64,000 nt of DNA from Synechococcus sp. (lineage in GTDB: Bacteria > Cyanobacteriota > Cyanobacteriia > PCC-6307 > Cyanobiaceae). How positions within the stretch are numbered: position 1 is the stretch's first letter; each line of letters starts with the position of its first letter. Of the stretch, positions 11,122 through 21,227 are shown one piece after another. The DNA lies in NCBI GenBank assembly GCA_047284725.1, contig JBJBEO010000001.1, forward strand, positions 2,200,203 to 2,264,202. The letters run 5' to 3'. Made by a program: the position numbers and the translations under genes. The notes under the pieces are model-generated. The model had not been told where the DNA came from. It saw only the letters and a list, made by a program, of their open reading frames with translations, and did not search any database.

Positions 11122-11448
11122 ATGAACCCGATCGAAGCGTTCAGCTCCGCTTGGCAGAAATCGTTCAACTATTCGGGCAAAGCCACCAGGGCTGAATATT
11201 GGTGGTTTGTCTTAGTCAACGCCATTGTTTCTGGCGTTCTTGCTGCGGTTGCCTCCGCTGTCGCCGCCGGCACCGAAGTCCTCTACTGGATTTATGCCAT
11301 CGCTACCATCTTCCCCTCCTTGGCTGTGTGCGTGCGCCGCTTGCGCGACTCCGGCAAAGAATGGGTGTGGCTGTTCATCAGCTTGGTTCCCTGCATCGGC
11401 TTCTTCTGGTTCATCTACTTGATGGTGCAACCAAGCATCGGTGGCTGA
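11122..11448 (+). CDS. DUF805 family inner-membrane protein
   Basis: Motifs FNYSGKATRAEYWWF, PSLAVCVRRLRDSGK and W.FISLVPCIG. Confidence 0.9.
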   Translation: MNPIEAFSSAWQKSFNYSGKATRAEYWWFVLVNAIVSGVLAAVASAVAAGTEVLYWIYAIATIFPSLAVCVRRLRDSGKEWVWLFISLVPCIGFFWFIYLMVQPSIGG

Positions 11449-11486
11449 TTGTCATCCAGATGAGCCTCAGCCACACAGGACAAAAC

Positions 11487-11507
11487 AGGGGCCTCAGGCC
11501 CCTTTTT
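11487..11507 (+). terminator. Rho-independent terminator after the DUF805 gene (possibly bidirectional)
   Basis: AGGGGCC-TCA-GGCCCCT followed by TTTT, with an AAAA run just upstream. Confidence 0.75.
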
Positions 11508-11556
11508 CATTGGCACCAATCAGCTGATGTCACCAGGTTGACGTCAGCGGTAGTGG

Positions 11557-13026
11557 TCAAGGCTTCTTGTCTTGCTCGAGCAACCATGCGGCCACAGCCC
11601 AGGTCGCCAGACAATCATCTTCGTTGTAAGTAAAAATCCATCGAAGGGTTTGCTGATGGCCACGATCTGAGGCTCCGGAGCCACGCCACTGCCGCCACCA
11701 GAGCAGGGCCCTGGCACCATCAACGCTCCGCTGGCGCCACTCAAATCCACGCCAGGCCGCCACAGACTTCAATCCATAACTGTTCAACGGCAGGCGCCAG
11801 TGGCTGCGGATGCGGGCATGCACATCCACCAGGCGCCGCTTCAGCCGCTCACGCTCGCGCGCACCGGAGCCCTGCCGCTGCGCCATTCGGCACAGGGCCA
11901 ACGACTCCGTTTCGCCGTAATGCAGCACAGGCCAATTGGCGTAACGGGCCAACAAACCCCTCAACCGCTGCCAGCACCGCCGTTCACCGTGCTCCTGCAA
12001 CACCAGGAATGGGTGGTAACGGGCTTGGCTCAGATCCCAGCCACCCTGGTCATCCCGTGGGAGACAAACGAAACCATGCAAGAAGTCGTCGCGGGCATCG
12101 GGATCGGACTCAATGTCGTACAGCAGCACACCTGGTGCTGCCATCAGTTCCGGAATCGCAGCCGAAACCTCCAACCGTTCCACCCGACCATCCCGTTGGG
12201 CCAGGGCCTGGGCCACCAACGGAGAGGCCACGGCTGCATGCTGTTCGCCGTAGCGCGCCAACTGGGTCGCCAAGTGCGTCGGATCCGCTCCCGCCAGCTG
12301 TCGCAGGCCTCGCACCCCGAGCTCCTGCAACATCTCACGGCGTTTGGCACCGATCCCGCTCACTTCACTGAGGTGACCTTCAGCCGCAGCCACGGCATTG
12401 CACTCACCACGCCAACTGCAGAGGATGCACTTACGACGATCCGCTGCCAGAGCAGGAGGCTGCTCCCGCCTGAGATCACCAGCCAACTTCTGCAAGGCCT
12501 CATCCAACTGCGTCTGCAAGGCGGCATTGAGCGGCAAGCGCTCCTTCTCCAGGCGACGACCTGCTCTTGCCACAGCGAGGGCATCCGGCACCGATGCTTG
12601 CTGCAGCTCGGCCAGCAACCTCCCCGCCATGGCAAGGGGAAGGCGATGCTCCCGAGTCAGACGCCGTCCCTGACGAGCCAAGACAGGGCGATAGGCAAAC
12701 GGTCCCCAGCGACTTTGTCCTGGCACCCTCTGCAACAGCGGCGGATGGGCCTCCAGCAACAGTCCATCCGGCCCTTCACCCTTCAAGCGCACGCCAACGA
12801 CCCCAGGGGCGCCGGCCTCAAGCCCGCTTTGCCCGGCTGCCGGCTTTTGGGGCAGCAACGCCACAAAACTGCGCTGCTGATCATCGAGCTGGAGGGTGCG
12901 GTGGGCGGTGTAGACACGCCCACCCGGATCAGCATGCACATCAAGCCATGCCCGCCGACGGCAACGCACCCAGCTGCGCAGCAGACGATCGGTGAGGGGC
13001 TTGTCAGCGAAAGGGGTGTCACCCAT
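11557..13026 (-). CDS. TM0106 family RecB-like putative nuclease (with C-terminal RNase H-like domain)
   Basis: N-terminal RCRRRAWLD, C..CSWR..C, HhH-like VSGIGAKRR, and LLYDIES, HYGETE, SYGLKSVA, YNEDDCLAT. Confidence 0.88.
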   Translation of the reverse strand: MGDTPFADKPLTDRLLRSWVRCRRRAWLDVHADPGGRVYTAHRTLQLDDQQRSFVALLPQKPAAGQSGLEAGAPGVVGVRLKGEGPDGLLLEAHPPLLQRVPGQSRWGPFAYRPVLARQGRRLTREHRLPLAMAGRLLAELQQASVPDALAVARAGRRLEKERLPLNAALQTQLDEALQKLAGDLRREQPPALAADRRKCILCSWRGECNAVAAAEGHLSEVSGIGAKRREMLQELGVRGLRQLAGADPTHLATQLARYGEQHAAVASPLVAQALAQRDGRVERLEVSAAIPELMAAPGVLLYDIESDPDARDDFLHGFVCLPRDDQGGWDLSQARYHPFLVLQEHGERRCWQRLRGLLARYANWPVLHYGETESLALCRMAQRQGSGARERERLKRRLVDVHARIRSHWRLPLNSYGLKSVAAWRGFEWRQRSVDGARALLWWRQWRGSGASDRGHQQTLRWIFTYNEDDCLATWAVAAWLLEQDKKP

Positions 13027-13091
13027 TGACCGACGTTACGGCGGCCGCCTGCTAAATCCAGAGATGATCTCCGGCCCGGCGCCTGCAGTCC

Positions 13092-14552
13092 ATGGCTTCA
13101 GCTCCTCTGCCTCTGGCTGCCTCTCCGATCACATTCGGCACTGACGGCTGGCGCGGAATCCTCGGAGTGGACATCACCGTCGAGCGCCTGCTCACAGCCG
13201 CAGCCGCCTCGGCGCAGGAACTGGCCCACCGAGCCCCAGCCGGCAACACCAGCAGAACTGTGGTGATCGGCTACGACCACCGTTTCCTGGCACCGGAGCT
13301 AGCGGCCGCGATCGCCGCGGCTGTCCGCGGCTGCGGCCTTCAACCTCTTCTGACCAGCACGGCCGTACCCACCCCTGCCTGCAGCTGGGCTGTGGTGGAA
13401 CGCCAGGCCCTCGGGGCCCTGGTGATCACGGCAAGCCACAACCCCCCGGAATGGCTTGGCCTCAAAATCAAAGGCCCCTTCGGTGGATCTGTGGAGGGCG
13501 ACTTCACCGCCGCAGTGGAAAGTCGACTGGCAGCTGGCGGCGTCACCAGTCCGATCCAGGGCGACACCGATTGCTTTGACGCTCGTGCGGAGCACCTGAC
13601 CGGCCTGCGCAACAAACTCGATCTCGATGGGCTGCGCCGAGGCCTTGAACAGATGGGGCTCACGGTGATCGTGGATCCCATGCACGGCTCAGCGGCCGGC
13701 TGCATGGCCGATCTCCTGGGAGGGAACGAAGGTCCGATCCAGGAAATCCGATGCCACCGCGATCCCCTGTTCGGCGGCAATCCACCCGAACCACTGGCAC
13801 CCTACCTCCAGGAGCTGATTGCCAAGGTGAAAGCCTCCACCGCCCTTGGCCAACCTGCCGTCGGCCTGGTGTTCGACGGCGACGGCGACCGCATCGCCGC
13901 CGTGGACGAGTACGGACAGTTCTGCAGCACACAGCAGTTGATGCCGCTCCTGATCGATCACCTGGCTCGGGCACGCGCCCAGCCGGGATCTGTGGTGAAA
14001 ACGGTGAGCGGTTCCGACCTGATGCGCCTCGTCGCCGAAGACCTCGGCCGCGAGGTGCTGGAGCTGCCAGTGGGATTCAAATACATCGCTGCGGAAATGC
14101 TGAGCGGCACTGTGTTGATCGGCGGCGAAGAATCTGGAGGCGTGGGCTTTGGCATGCACCTACCGGAGCGGGATGCCCTGTTTGCGGCTCTGCTGGTGCT
14201 CGAAGCCCTGGTGGAAGGAGGACAACCCCTTGGCGCACGGGTCTCCGCCCTGCAGCAGCGCTGTGGTGGCGCCAGCCACTACGACCGGGTCGACCTGCGT
14301 CTGGCCAACATGGCCACCCGCCACCGCCTGGAAGCGTTGCTGGCCAAGACGCCCCCCATGGAGGTGGCCGGCGCTGCGGTCACAGACGTGATCACCACCG
14401 ACGGCGTCAAACTGCGCATGGGGCCCAGCCACTGGCTGATGCTCCGCTTCTCCGGGACTGAACCCTTGCTCCGCCTTTACTGCGAGGGCCCAGACCCTGA
14501 ACGGGTGACTGCCGTGCTCGCCTGGGCCCAGGCCTTCGCGACGTCCGTCTAA
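13092..14552 (+). CDS. Phosphoglucomutase/phosphomannomutase family protein
   Basis: Motifs FGTDGWRG, ITASHNP (catalytic Ser), FDGDGDR, GGEESGG and RFSGTEP. Confidence 0.95.
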   Translation: MASAPLPLAASPITFGTDGWRGILGVDITVERLLTAAAASAQELAHRAPAGNTSRTVVIGYDHRFLAPELAAAIAAAVRGCGLQPLLTSTAVPTPACSWAVVERQALGALVITASHNPPEWLGLKIKGPFGGSVEGDFTAAVESRLAAGGVTSPIQGDTDCFDARAEHLTGLRNKLDLDGLRRGLEQMGLTVIVDPMHGSAAGCMADLLGGNEGPIQEIRCHRDPLFGGNPPEPLAPYLQELIAKVKASTALGQPAVGLVFDGDGDRIAAVDEYGQFCSTQQLMPLLIDHLARARAQPGSVVKTVSGSDLMRLVAEDLGREVLELPVGFKYIAAEMLSGTVLIGGEESGGVGFGMHLPERDALFAALLVLEALVEGGQPLGARVSALQQRCGGASHYDRVDLRLANMATRHRLEALLAKTPPMEVAGAAVTDVITTDGVKLRMGPSHWLMLRFSGTEPLLRLYCEGPDPERVTAVLAWAQAFATSV

Positions 14553-14676
14553 ATAACCCGTCTCAACCACCTGTCTCACCCCAACAACAGAACCCGACCC
14601 TCAGATCCGTCGCCAGAGACACCGCCGCCGGCGTGACGCCTCTGCCCTTTCGCCGTTTGTCTATCCATTGGCCTGC

Positions 14677-15300
14677 ATGCGCTCTCGTACCCTCGTGATT
14701 GCCAGCGGCAACGCTGGGAAAATCCGTGAATTCGCAGGGCTTCTGGCCCACCTGCCCGTCAGCCTCGAACCTCAGCCTGCGGGCATGGACGTGGATGAAA
14801 CAGGGCTCACCTTCAGTGACAACGCCCGAATCAAGGCCCTGGCGGTGGCCAAAGCCACCGGTCATTGGGCGCTGGCGGACGATTCCGGTCTCTGCGTCGA
14901 CGCCCTCAACGGTGCTCCGGGGGTGTTTTCAGCCCGCTACGCGGATTCCGATCAGGCCCGCATCACCAGGCTGTTGCACGAACTGGGCGAAACAACTCAT
15001 CGCCAGGCCCATTTCAGCGCAGCACTCTGTGTGGCAACGCCGGATGGCGCAGTGCTGGCGGAGGTGGAAGGGCGTTGCCCTGGGGTGATCACCACTGCAG
15101 CCCGGGGCGAGGATGGCTTTGGTTATGACCCAATTTTCGAGGTGGAGGGCACGGGCGAGACCTTCGCCGAGATGACCAAAGAGCGCAAACGCCAGCACGG
15201 CCACCGTGGCCGCGCCTTCGCCGCACTCGAACCCCAACTGCGCCAACTGCTTGAAGATTTTCAATCGGCACGTGATGGTCGTGGTCACTCGAGGCAGTAG
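14677..15300 (+). CDS. rdgB: Non-canonical purine NTP pyrophosphatase (RdgB/HAM1)
   Basis: Motifs ASGNAGK, ETG.TF..NA.IKA, LADDSGL, GAPGVFSARY, GFGYDPIF and HRGRA. Confidence 0.94.
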   Translation: MRSRTLVIASGNAGKIREFAGLLAHLPVSLEPQPAGMDVDETGLTFSDNARIKALAVAKATGHWALADDSGLCVDALNGAPGVFSARYADSDQARITRLLHELGETTHRQAHFSAALCVATPDGAVLAEVEGRCPGVITTAARGEDGFGYDPIFEVEGTGETFAEMTKERKRQHGHRGRAFAALEPQLRQLLEDFQSARDGRGHSRQ

Positions 15301-16016
15301 TCGAGATCGAGGCCAATGGACTGACGGGGCCTCGGTGCCTCACCAGGGTTGAAACGCTCGGCGCGGTCGACCGAAGCCAGGGGCATCGGTCGGTACCCCG
15401 CCCCGCGTTGATCGATCCGTAGCAGCGCGGCGCGCCGCAAGCCCAGAGCACTGGCCATGGCCTCGGCCTGGCGTCGCCCCTCGTCGAGGGCCTGCTTCAT
15501 CAGCTGGGTTTGCAGCGTCGCCTGGCCTGCCTCGGAGGAGAGAGAACTCATGCCCTGCAAGCGAACGCCAGGGAGCCGACCTGCGCGTTGAATCAAGGCG
15601 TCGTAGTTCGCCCGACTCACCTCCCCTCGGATGCTGGTGCTGGCCTTCTCTCGACGGGGACCCGCCTGACCGCCGCCGATGCTGTAGGTGCGCGGTGCAG
15701 GAATGGTGAGCCTGCCAAGGGCCAGGGGCTTCAACTGCTGGCGGGCCTGATCAAGTCTTTGATTGAGCAGAGCCATGGCCTGTGCTTTGGTGCTGGCCTC
15801 CGCCGCAAGTCCGAGGGAGAAACGAAAACGCTCACTGCGGGTGGTGCCTGTTTGATGCACTTTGATCTGCATCAGGGTGCCCTGACAAGTGCGCTCCGCA
15901 GCCCGCAAGGGCGCAGCATTCAGGCCCATTGCAGCGACAGCGAAGGGAAGCACCAACAGAGCCGCCGCTCCATGCCCACCCGAATGGAGCAGGCGAGACG
16001 AAACTTGGATCGTCAT
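15285..16016 (-). CDS. SIMPL (DUF541)-like periplasmic protein
   Basis: Signal-peptide-like N-terminus and ...ALDEGRRQAEAMASALGL... resembling the SIMPL C-terminal helix. Start is uncertain. Confidence 0.6.
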   Translation of the reverse strand: MTIQVSSRLLHSGGHGAAALLVLPFAVAAMGLNAAPLRAAERTCQGTLMQIKVHQTGTTRSERFRFSLGLAAEASTKAQAMALLNQRLDQARQQLKPLALGRLTIPAPRTYSIGGGQAGPRREKASTSIRGEVSRANYDALIQRAGRLPGVRLQGMSSLSSEAGQATLQTQLMKQALDEGRRQAEAMASALGLRRAALLRIDQRGAGYRPMPLASVDRAERFNPGEAPRPRQSIGLDLDYCLE

Positions 16017-16070
16017 GGGGACACCTTCAAGTGACCTCCATGCTGAAGGCACCAGGCCACCGACGATTGC

Positions 16071-17582
16071 TCAACGGTGACCAACCGGTGTCGAAGCATG
16101 ACTGGGCACCCAGCTCCCATGCAGGCCATGGGGAATCGCCAGCGGTAATTCGAACACCGCTTGTTCACTGAGATCATCCGCACGAAGGATCACAAGATCC
16201 GATCCCTGACGGGCCCCATTCCAAACCAGCTCCAGCACCCAACCATCGTCTTCCGCCACCGCACCAGGCCGGGGCACCATCAACGGCTCGCTCACAAAAC
16301 CACTGCAGCCGGCACTCCAAACCTGACGCTCACCGCTGATCAGATCCAGTTTTTTCACCACCTGGAGCGGATCGTTGCCCTGCTCACGGGCTGCTGCAGC
16401 CATCCAGGCATAACGGCAGGGGAGGCCTTCCTTCTCTGGGTTGACCATGGCGAATTCGCAACAACGTTCGCTGAAGCGATGGGTCGTGACCTCACCGCTC
16501 TCCAGATTGATGCGGCACTGCTCCAGCAGTCCCTCGGGGATCAGATCAAAATCGACCGAAGCGAAATCCTCATCCGGACCAATCGAGGGGAAGTCGCTGT
16601 AGTAGATGCTCTCCACCACCACGTCACCCTCCTGCTCCCAGGCGTTGAGATGGTGAAAGACAAAGCCATCGGGGGCGTTGATGACGCGAGGGGCCTGGCC
16701 GGCAAGAGCGCCCGAATCGCGAGGAATCAACCAGAACTTCGCCTGCCCTGCCCGTTTCGAGCGCAGGCATTGGGCTGCACCCTTCTGACCAAGCACGAAG
16801 GGCAGGGGGTTGAAATCAATCGCGTTCTGAAGAAACACCGCCCAGTTGGGCGTGATGGCGAAATCGTGGAGAAACGCAAAGCCGGAAAACGTGTCGCTGC
16901 GCTCACTGAGCAGATCACCGGCCTGAATTCCGGCCGACGCATCCGATTCCGTCGCGAACTCCATGAGCCGAATCGTGCTGCGAGGACCCGTTTGGACTCC
17001 GAAATTGACCATGCGAGGGCGATCATGATGGCCAGGATCGAAACGTGGATGCGCACTGAAGGCCTCGCCTTTTTTGAGCACTCCCCCCAACAGGCTGATG
17101 CCGTGGGTGTGCAGCGTCTGGGGATCCAGTGCATGGGGTTCAGCGGCTTCCCACAGGGCCAGCAGCTCATCACCGAGTTGCACCACACCGGTGTTGGCGA
17201 TGTTCTTCAACCGAAGATCAAAGGCATTCGCGAACAGCCCGCCGGGCTTCTGGCTGCCGAACACACCCCGGTAGAGCACCTTGCCAGCAGCTTCTTCGGC
17301 CTGCCAGCCCTCGGTGCGCACAAACCGGTTGGTGAGGCTCACGCCCTCCTCGCTGAAACGCACCGCTGTCACCATCCCATCGCCGTCAAAGGGGTGATGC
17401 ACCCGTTGGCCGCCGCGTTCCAGGCGACCAGGGCCATTGCGATACAAGGTGCCCTTCAACTCGTCCGGCACAGTGCCTCGGACCGGTGTCAGCGCCACAG
17501 CGGTGAGCTCCTGGTCCACGTTGCGGAAGGCGCTGGCCCAGTCATCCCGGTTGAAACGAGCGGGAGCGGAAGCAACAGTCAC
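16071..17582 (-). CDS. Carotenoid oxygenase (apocarotenoid cleavage dioxygenase) family protein
   Basis: Motifs GTLYRNGPG and HPFDGDG; four Fe-ligand His contexts (SAHP, LHDF, FHHLNA, GLHGSW); SEP.MVPR and EDDGW. Confidence 0.93.
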   Translation of the reverse strand: MTVASAPARFNRDDWASAFRNVDQELTAVALTPVRGTVPDELKGTLYRNGPGRLERGGQRVHHPFDGDGMVTAVRFSEEGVSLTNRFVRTEGWQAEEAAGKVLYRGVFGSQKPGGLFANAFDLRLKNIANTGVVQLGDELLALWEAAEPHALDPQTLHTHGISLLGGVLKKGEAFSAHPRFDPGHHDRPRMVNFGVQTGPRSTIRLMEFATESDASAGIQAGDLLSERSDTFSGFAFLHDFAITPNWAVFLQNAIDFNPLPFVLGQKGAAQCLRSKRAGQAKFWLIPRDSGALAGQAPRVINAPDGFVFHHLNAWEQEGDVVVESIYYSDFPSIGPDEDFASVDFDLIPEGLLEQCRINLESGEVTTHRFSERCCEFAMVNPEKEGLPCRYAWMAAAAREQGNDPLQVVKKLDLISGERQVWSAGCSGFVSEPLMVPRPGAVAEDDGWVLELVWNGARQGSDLVILRADDLSEQAVFELPLAIPHGLHGSWVPSHASTPVGHR

Positions 17583-17650
17583 AGTGAACGCAGCAGCAGC
17601 GCAGCCATCCTCTCGTAACGGAGTATGAAGCGCGGCGGCAATGGGGCAAC

Positions 17651-18253
17651 TCAGCTGCCGGCCTGCTCCAGCAATCCTTTGCTGCTGGGCACCGATCCGG
17701 CCCGGCGGGGATCGATCTCGGTGGCCATCCGCAGGGCCCGAGCAAAGGCCTTGAACGACGCCTCCACGATGTGGTGAGAGTTCACCCCATCGAGCTGGCG
17801 AATGTGCAGGGTGAGGCCTGAGTTATTGGCCACGGCCACAAAAAACTCCTTCACCAACTCGGTGTCATAGCGGCCGATCTTCTGGGCGGGAATCTGCAAG
17901 CCGAAACTGAGATGGGGACGCCCGGAGCAATCAAGCGCCACCTGCACCAACGCCTCATCCAGGGGCGCCACAAAGTGTCCGAAGCGATGGATGCCGCGGC
18001 GATCGCCCAAGGCCTGCGACAAAGCCTGACCCACAGCAATGCCCACGTCCTCATTGGTGTGGTGATCATCGATGTGAGTATCACCGGTGGCCGCGATCTC
18101 AAGATCGATCAACCCGTGGCTGCTGATCTGGTGCAGCATGTGATCCAGAAAAGGCACACCTGTGTCGGCCTTGCACTGGCCTGTGCCATCAAGCACCAAC
18201 GTGACGCGCACATCGGTTTCGCCGGTGATGCGATGCACTTCACCTGTGCGCAT
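17651..18253 (-). CDS. hisB: Imidazoleglycerol-phosphate dehydratase
   Basis: Motifs [31 protein letters not shown] and PSSKG. Confidence 0.97.
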   Translation of the reverse strand: MRTGEVHRITGETDVRVTLVLDGTGQCKADTGVPFLDHMLHQISSHGLIDLEIAATGDTHIDDHHTNEDVGIAVGQALSQALGDRRGIHRFGHFVAPLDEALVQVALDCSGRPHLSFGLQIPAQKIGRYDTELVKEFFVAVANNSGLTLHIRQLDGVNSHHIVEASFKAFARALRMATEIDPRRAGSVPSSKGLLEQAGS

Positions 18254-18344
18254 GGGTTACTGGCGCCCGAAGCGCTGACTCAGTCACTACAGACCGATCA
18301 TGCCGAACGGACGCCTCACAACCAGCGGGGAACTGCGACGGCGA

Positions 18345-19127
18345 TCACATGCCGTTGATGCAGTAACCGGAATCCACATAAATCGTCTGACCAGAGATGC
18401 CACTGGCGAGATCACTGAGCAGGAAGGCTGCGGTACCACCCACCTCGGTCTGGGTGACCGTGCGGCGCAGAGGAGCCTTCTCCTCCACGTTGTGGATCAT
18501 GTCGAGAATGCCGCCGATGGCCGAGCTGGCGAGGGTGCGGATCGGGCCAGCGCTGATGGCATTGACCCGCACCTGCTTGTCAGGGCCCAGCTCTGCGGCC
18601 AGGTAGCGCACAGACGCTTCCAGAGCGGCTTTGGCCACACCCATGACGTTGTAATTGGGGATGGCGCGTTCAGCGCCGAGATAGGTGAGGGTCACCACGC
18701 CGGCCTTCTCACTGAAAAGGGGCTTGGCATGGGCACACAACGGTGCCAAGGAATACGCACTGATCTCCAGGGCGCGGGAGAAACCCTCAGCGGTGGTGGC
18801 GCTGTAATCACCAATCAGCTCTTCCTTACCGGCAAAGGCCAGGCAATGCACCAGGCCATCGAGCACCCCCCACTTCTCCTTGATTTGCGCGAACACCGAT
18901 TCCATCTGGGGGGCATCCTGCACGTTCAGGGGCAGAAACAGGCTGGGCTCGAGGGGGGCGGTGAGTTCCCGCACCTTCGCTTCGAAACGCCCCTTGTCGT
19001 CGGGGAGATAGGTGATGCCGAGTTCGGCCCCGGCAGCCTTGAGTTGCTGGGCGATTCCCCAGGCGATCGAGCGGTTGTTGGCAATGCCGGTGACGAGGAT
19101 CTTCTTTCCAGTGAGATCGAGAAGCAT
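18345..19127 (-). CDS. fabI: Enoyl-ACP reductase
   Basis: Motifs GIANNRSIAWGIA, YNVMGVAKAALE and VNAISAGPIRTLA. Confidence 0.97.
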   Translation of the reverse strand: MLLDLTGKKILVTGIANNRSIAWGIAQQLKAAGAELGITYLPDDKGRFEAKVRELTAPLEPSLFLPLNVQDAPQMESVFAQIKEKWGVLDGLVHCLAFAGKEELIGDYSATTAEGFSRALEISAYSLAPLCAHAKPLFSEKAGVVTLTYLGAERAIPNYNVMGVAKAALEASVRYLAAELGPDKQVRVNAISAGPIRTLASSAIGGILDMIHNVEEKAPLRRTVTQTEVGGTAAFLLSDLASGISGQTIYVDSGYCINGM

Positions 19128-19239
19128 CGAGCCGTTCCCGCGGGGTAACAATTCGGGTGATTCTCCCCCACGCCGCGCTGATTCGCACTTGTGCTGGTCA
19201 AACGACAGAGTGGCAATGACAGACGAGCTCCACTGATCA

Positions 19240-20211
19240 GTGACCCAACAGCCCGTCCCCCCGCCCCTGGCCTGGTCATCGGAGCCTGAGGATCTGCCGC
19301 GGGATTTTGTGAATCGCGAGGCCCTCGATCAGCGATTGAGCCAGCTCTTTCCTGCCGCGACGGGAAGCCTCAGTCCGATCCGCGGCGGACGTGCAGCCGC
19401 AGCACGGCAGCTTCAAGGCCTTGATGCCAGACGTTACGGACGCAGCCGCAACCACCTGAATGGCGCCGTCACAGGTCTCTCCCCCTGGATCCGCCACGGC
19501 GTCCTGACCCTGGCGGAAGTGCGCGATGCGGTGTTCAGTCAGCTTCGGAAGCGCCACCAAGGCCGGGATGACGGCACCAAGCTGATCAACGAGTTGGGTT
19601 GGCGAGATTTCTGGCAACGGATGTGGGGTGACCTTGGCGACGCCATCAACGACAGCCAGGAAGACCTGAAAACCGGCCATGCACCGGACTCATACGCCCG
19701 GGTCCTCCCCGACGACATCCGCACCGGCAGCACCGGTCTGGCCTGCATGGATGGTTTCCAGCAGGAACTGGTGGAAACCGGATGGCTGCACAACCACGCC
19801 CGCATGTGGATGGCGGCCTATGTCGTGCACTGGCGACGCGTTCACTGGAAAGCGGGTGCCGATTGGTTCCTGGAGCACTTGCTCGATGGCGATCCCGCCA
19901 GCAATCACCTCAGCTGGCAGTGGGTGGCCAGCAGCTTCAGCCACAAGCCTTATCTCTTCAACCGCGACAACCTCGAACGCTTCAGCCAAAGCCGCTACTG
20001 CAACGACTGCCACCGCTCTGACGATTGCCCGTTTGCAGGTAGCTACGAACAACTGGAAACCCAGCTATTCGTCCCCCAGGTCGCCATCCGCGATGGGACA
20101 GACAACCGCAACCGCCGCGTCAATGCCCGCTTCAACAACAAGCGCAGTGGAGGCAACGCAGCCATGGCCAGGCCTGCCGGATCCGCCGCCACAGCCCGCC
20201 CCAAACGCTGA
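19240..20211 (+). CDS. Photolyase-like FAD-binding (catalytic) domain protein lacking the N-terminal antenna domain
   Basis: Motifs VTGLSPWIRHG, ELGWRDFW, GWLHNHARMWMA and LLDGDPASNHLSWQWVAS, then a Cys cluster YCNDC...CPF. GTG start. Confidence 0.85.
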   Translation: MTQQPVPPPLAWSSEPEDLPRDFVNREALDQRLSQLFPAATGSLSPIRGGRAAAARQLQGLDARRYGRSRNHLNGAVTGLSPWIRHGVLTLAEVRDAVFSQLRKRHQGRDDGTKLINELGWRDFWQRMWGDLGDAINDSQEDLKTGHAPDSYARVLPDDIRTGSTGLACMDGFQQELVETGWLHNHARMWMAAYVVHWRRVHWKAGADWFLEHLLDGDPASNHLSWQWVASSFSHKPYLFNRDNLERFSQSRYCNDCHRSDDCPFAGSYEQLETQLFVPQVAIRDGTDNRNRRVNARFNNKRSGGNAAMARPAGSAATARPKR

Positions 20212-20220
20212 CAACGCACG

Positions 20221-20664
20221 ATGTCGTTCCAACGTCCGATCCTGTGGGTGCATGAGGAAGCCCTTGGCCCCCGCAACCCAGCCCTTCTGGCCTGGCCTCA
20301 CACTCCGGCGCTATTTGTCTTCGATGCCAGCTGGATTGACGATGCCCAGATCAGCCGCAAACGCCTCGGCTTCCTGTACGAAAGCGCCCTTGACCTGCCC
20401 CTCACCCTGCGACATGGAGATGTGGCGGCGGAAGTGATCGCCTTCGTCCAGCGCCACAACGCTGATGGTGTGATCAGCAGTGGGCCGGTGGATCCCCGCC
20501 TCCAGCGCATCGCCGCCGCCATCCAGGAGCGCTACCCGCTTGAACTGCTGGAGCCGGACCCCTTTGTCGCCCTTCCCCGTCCACCCCGGCTGGGGCGCTT
20601 CAGTCGCTACTGGCGCGAGGCGGAATCCGTGGTCTGGGAAGGATTCTCAAGCAGTTCCTCCTGA
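20221..20664 (+). CDS. Stand-alone photolyase N-terminal (alpha/beta)-like domain protein
   Basis: ILWVHEEAL...NPAL, ALFVFD, RLGFLYES and C-terminal RFSRYW mirror the photolyase N-terminal domain; 9 nt downstream of the previous gene. Confidence 0.75.
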   Translation: MSFQRPILWVHEEALGPRNPALLAWPHTPALFVFDASWIDDAQISRKRLGFLYESALDLPLTLRHGDVAAEVIAFVQRHNADGVISSGPVDPRLQRIAAAIQERYPLELLEPDPFVALPRPPRLGRFSRYWREAESVVWEGFSSSSS

Positions 20665-21131
20665 CGCGCCTGCTCGGCCCCTGGATCCGTCAACAAATGC
20701 CGCTCCTCCACTGCTGGCAGGCGCACAGGCTCAACTTCTGACGGCTGACCCGGAGGAGCCACCCAGGTCCACGTGGCCTGTGGTGCACGGGCAGCACAAA
20801 GGGCCTTGAGCTCTTGCTCCAGCCCCTTCCGCACGTCGTCGCGGGCCACCGCAGCAAAAAACTCCTCACGCGTCGCCACACCGGACGAAAAAGGATGGCT
20901 GCCGTTGCCGTTGAACAGGCGGGCTGGATCGGGGATCCACCTGGGCTGACAACGCTGCGGATCACTGGTGTCGGTTTCCAGATAGATGTGCAGGCCATAG
21001 CCATCGGGTTGATTCACCACCGCCAGACCGTCGTGGAGCTGACGACGCTGCAAGGGGAACACCCTCCAGCTGATGCGCTCTGGATCGGGCGAACCACCGC
21101 AACCGCTGAGGACCAGCAGAACGCCAGCCAT
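20607..21131 (-). CDS. Conserved hypothetical lipoprotein
   Basis: Lipobox VLLVLSGC and sequence HDGLAVVNQPDGYGLHIYLETDT. The start may be a GTG slightly upstream. Confidence 0.65.
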   Translation of the reverse strand: MAGVLLVLSGCGGSPDPERISWRVFPLQRRQLHDGLAVVNQPDGYGLHIYLETDTSDPQRCQPRWIPDPARLFNGNGSHPFSSGVATREEFFAAVARDDVRKGLEQELKALCAARAPQATWTWVAPPGQPSEVEPVRLPAVEERHLLTDPGAEQARQEELLENPSQTTDSASRQ

Positions 21132-21227
21132 CAGGACCGGCGGACAACACGGCAAGCTGATGCTCGGGTGGGCCACAGCGCAACGCCAACGGTTGAGCCC
21201 ATCCTGTGAACAAATCGCTGTCCTTTC

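Noticed and set aside
14553..14676. C/A-rich intergenic stretch with a short repeated GTCTCA between the phosphohexomutase and rdgB
   Set aside because: Too short and irregular to support a repeat or RNA call.
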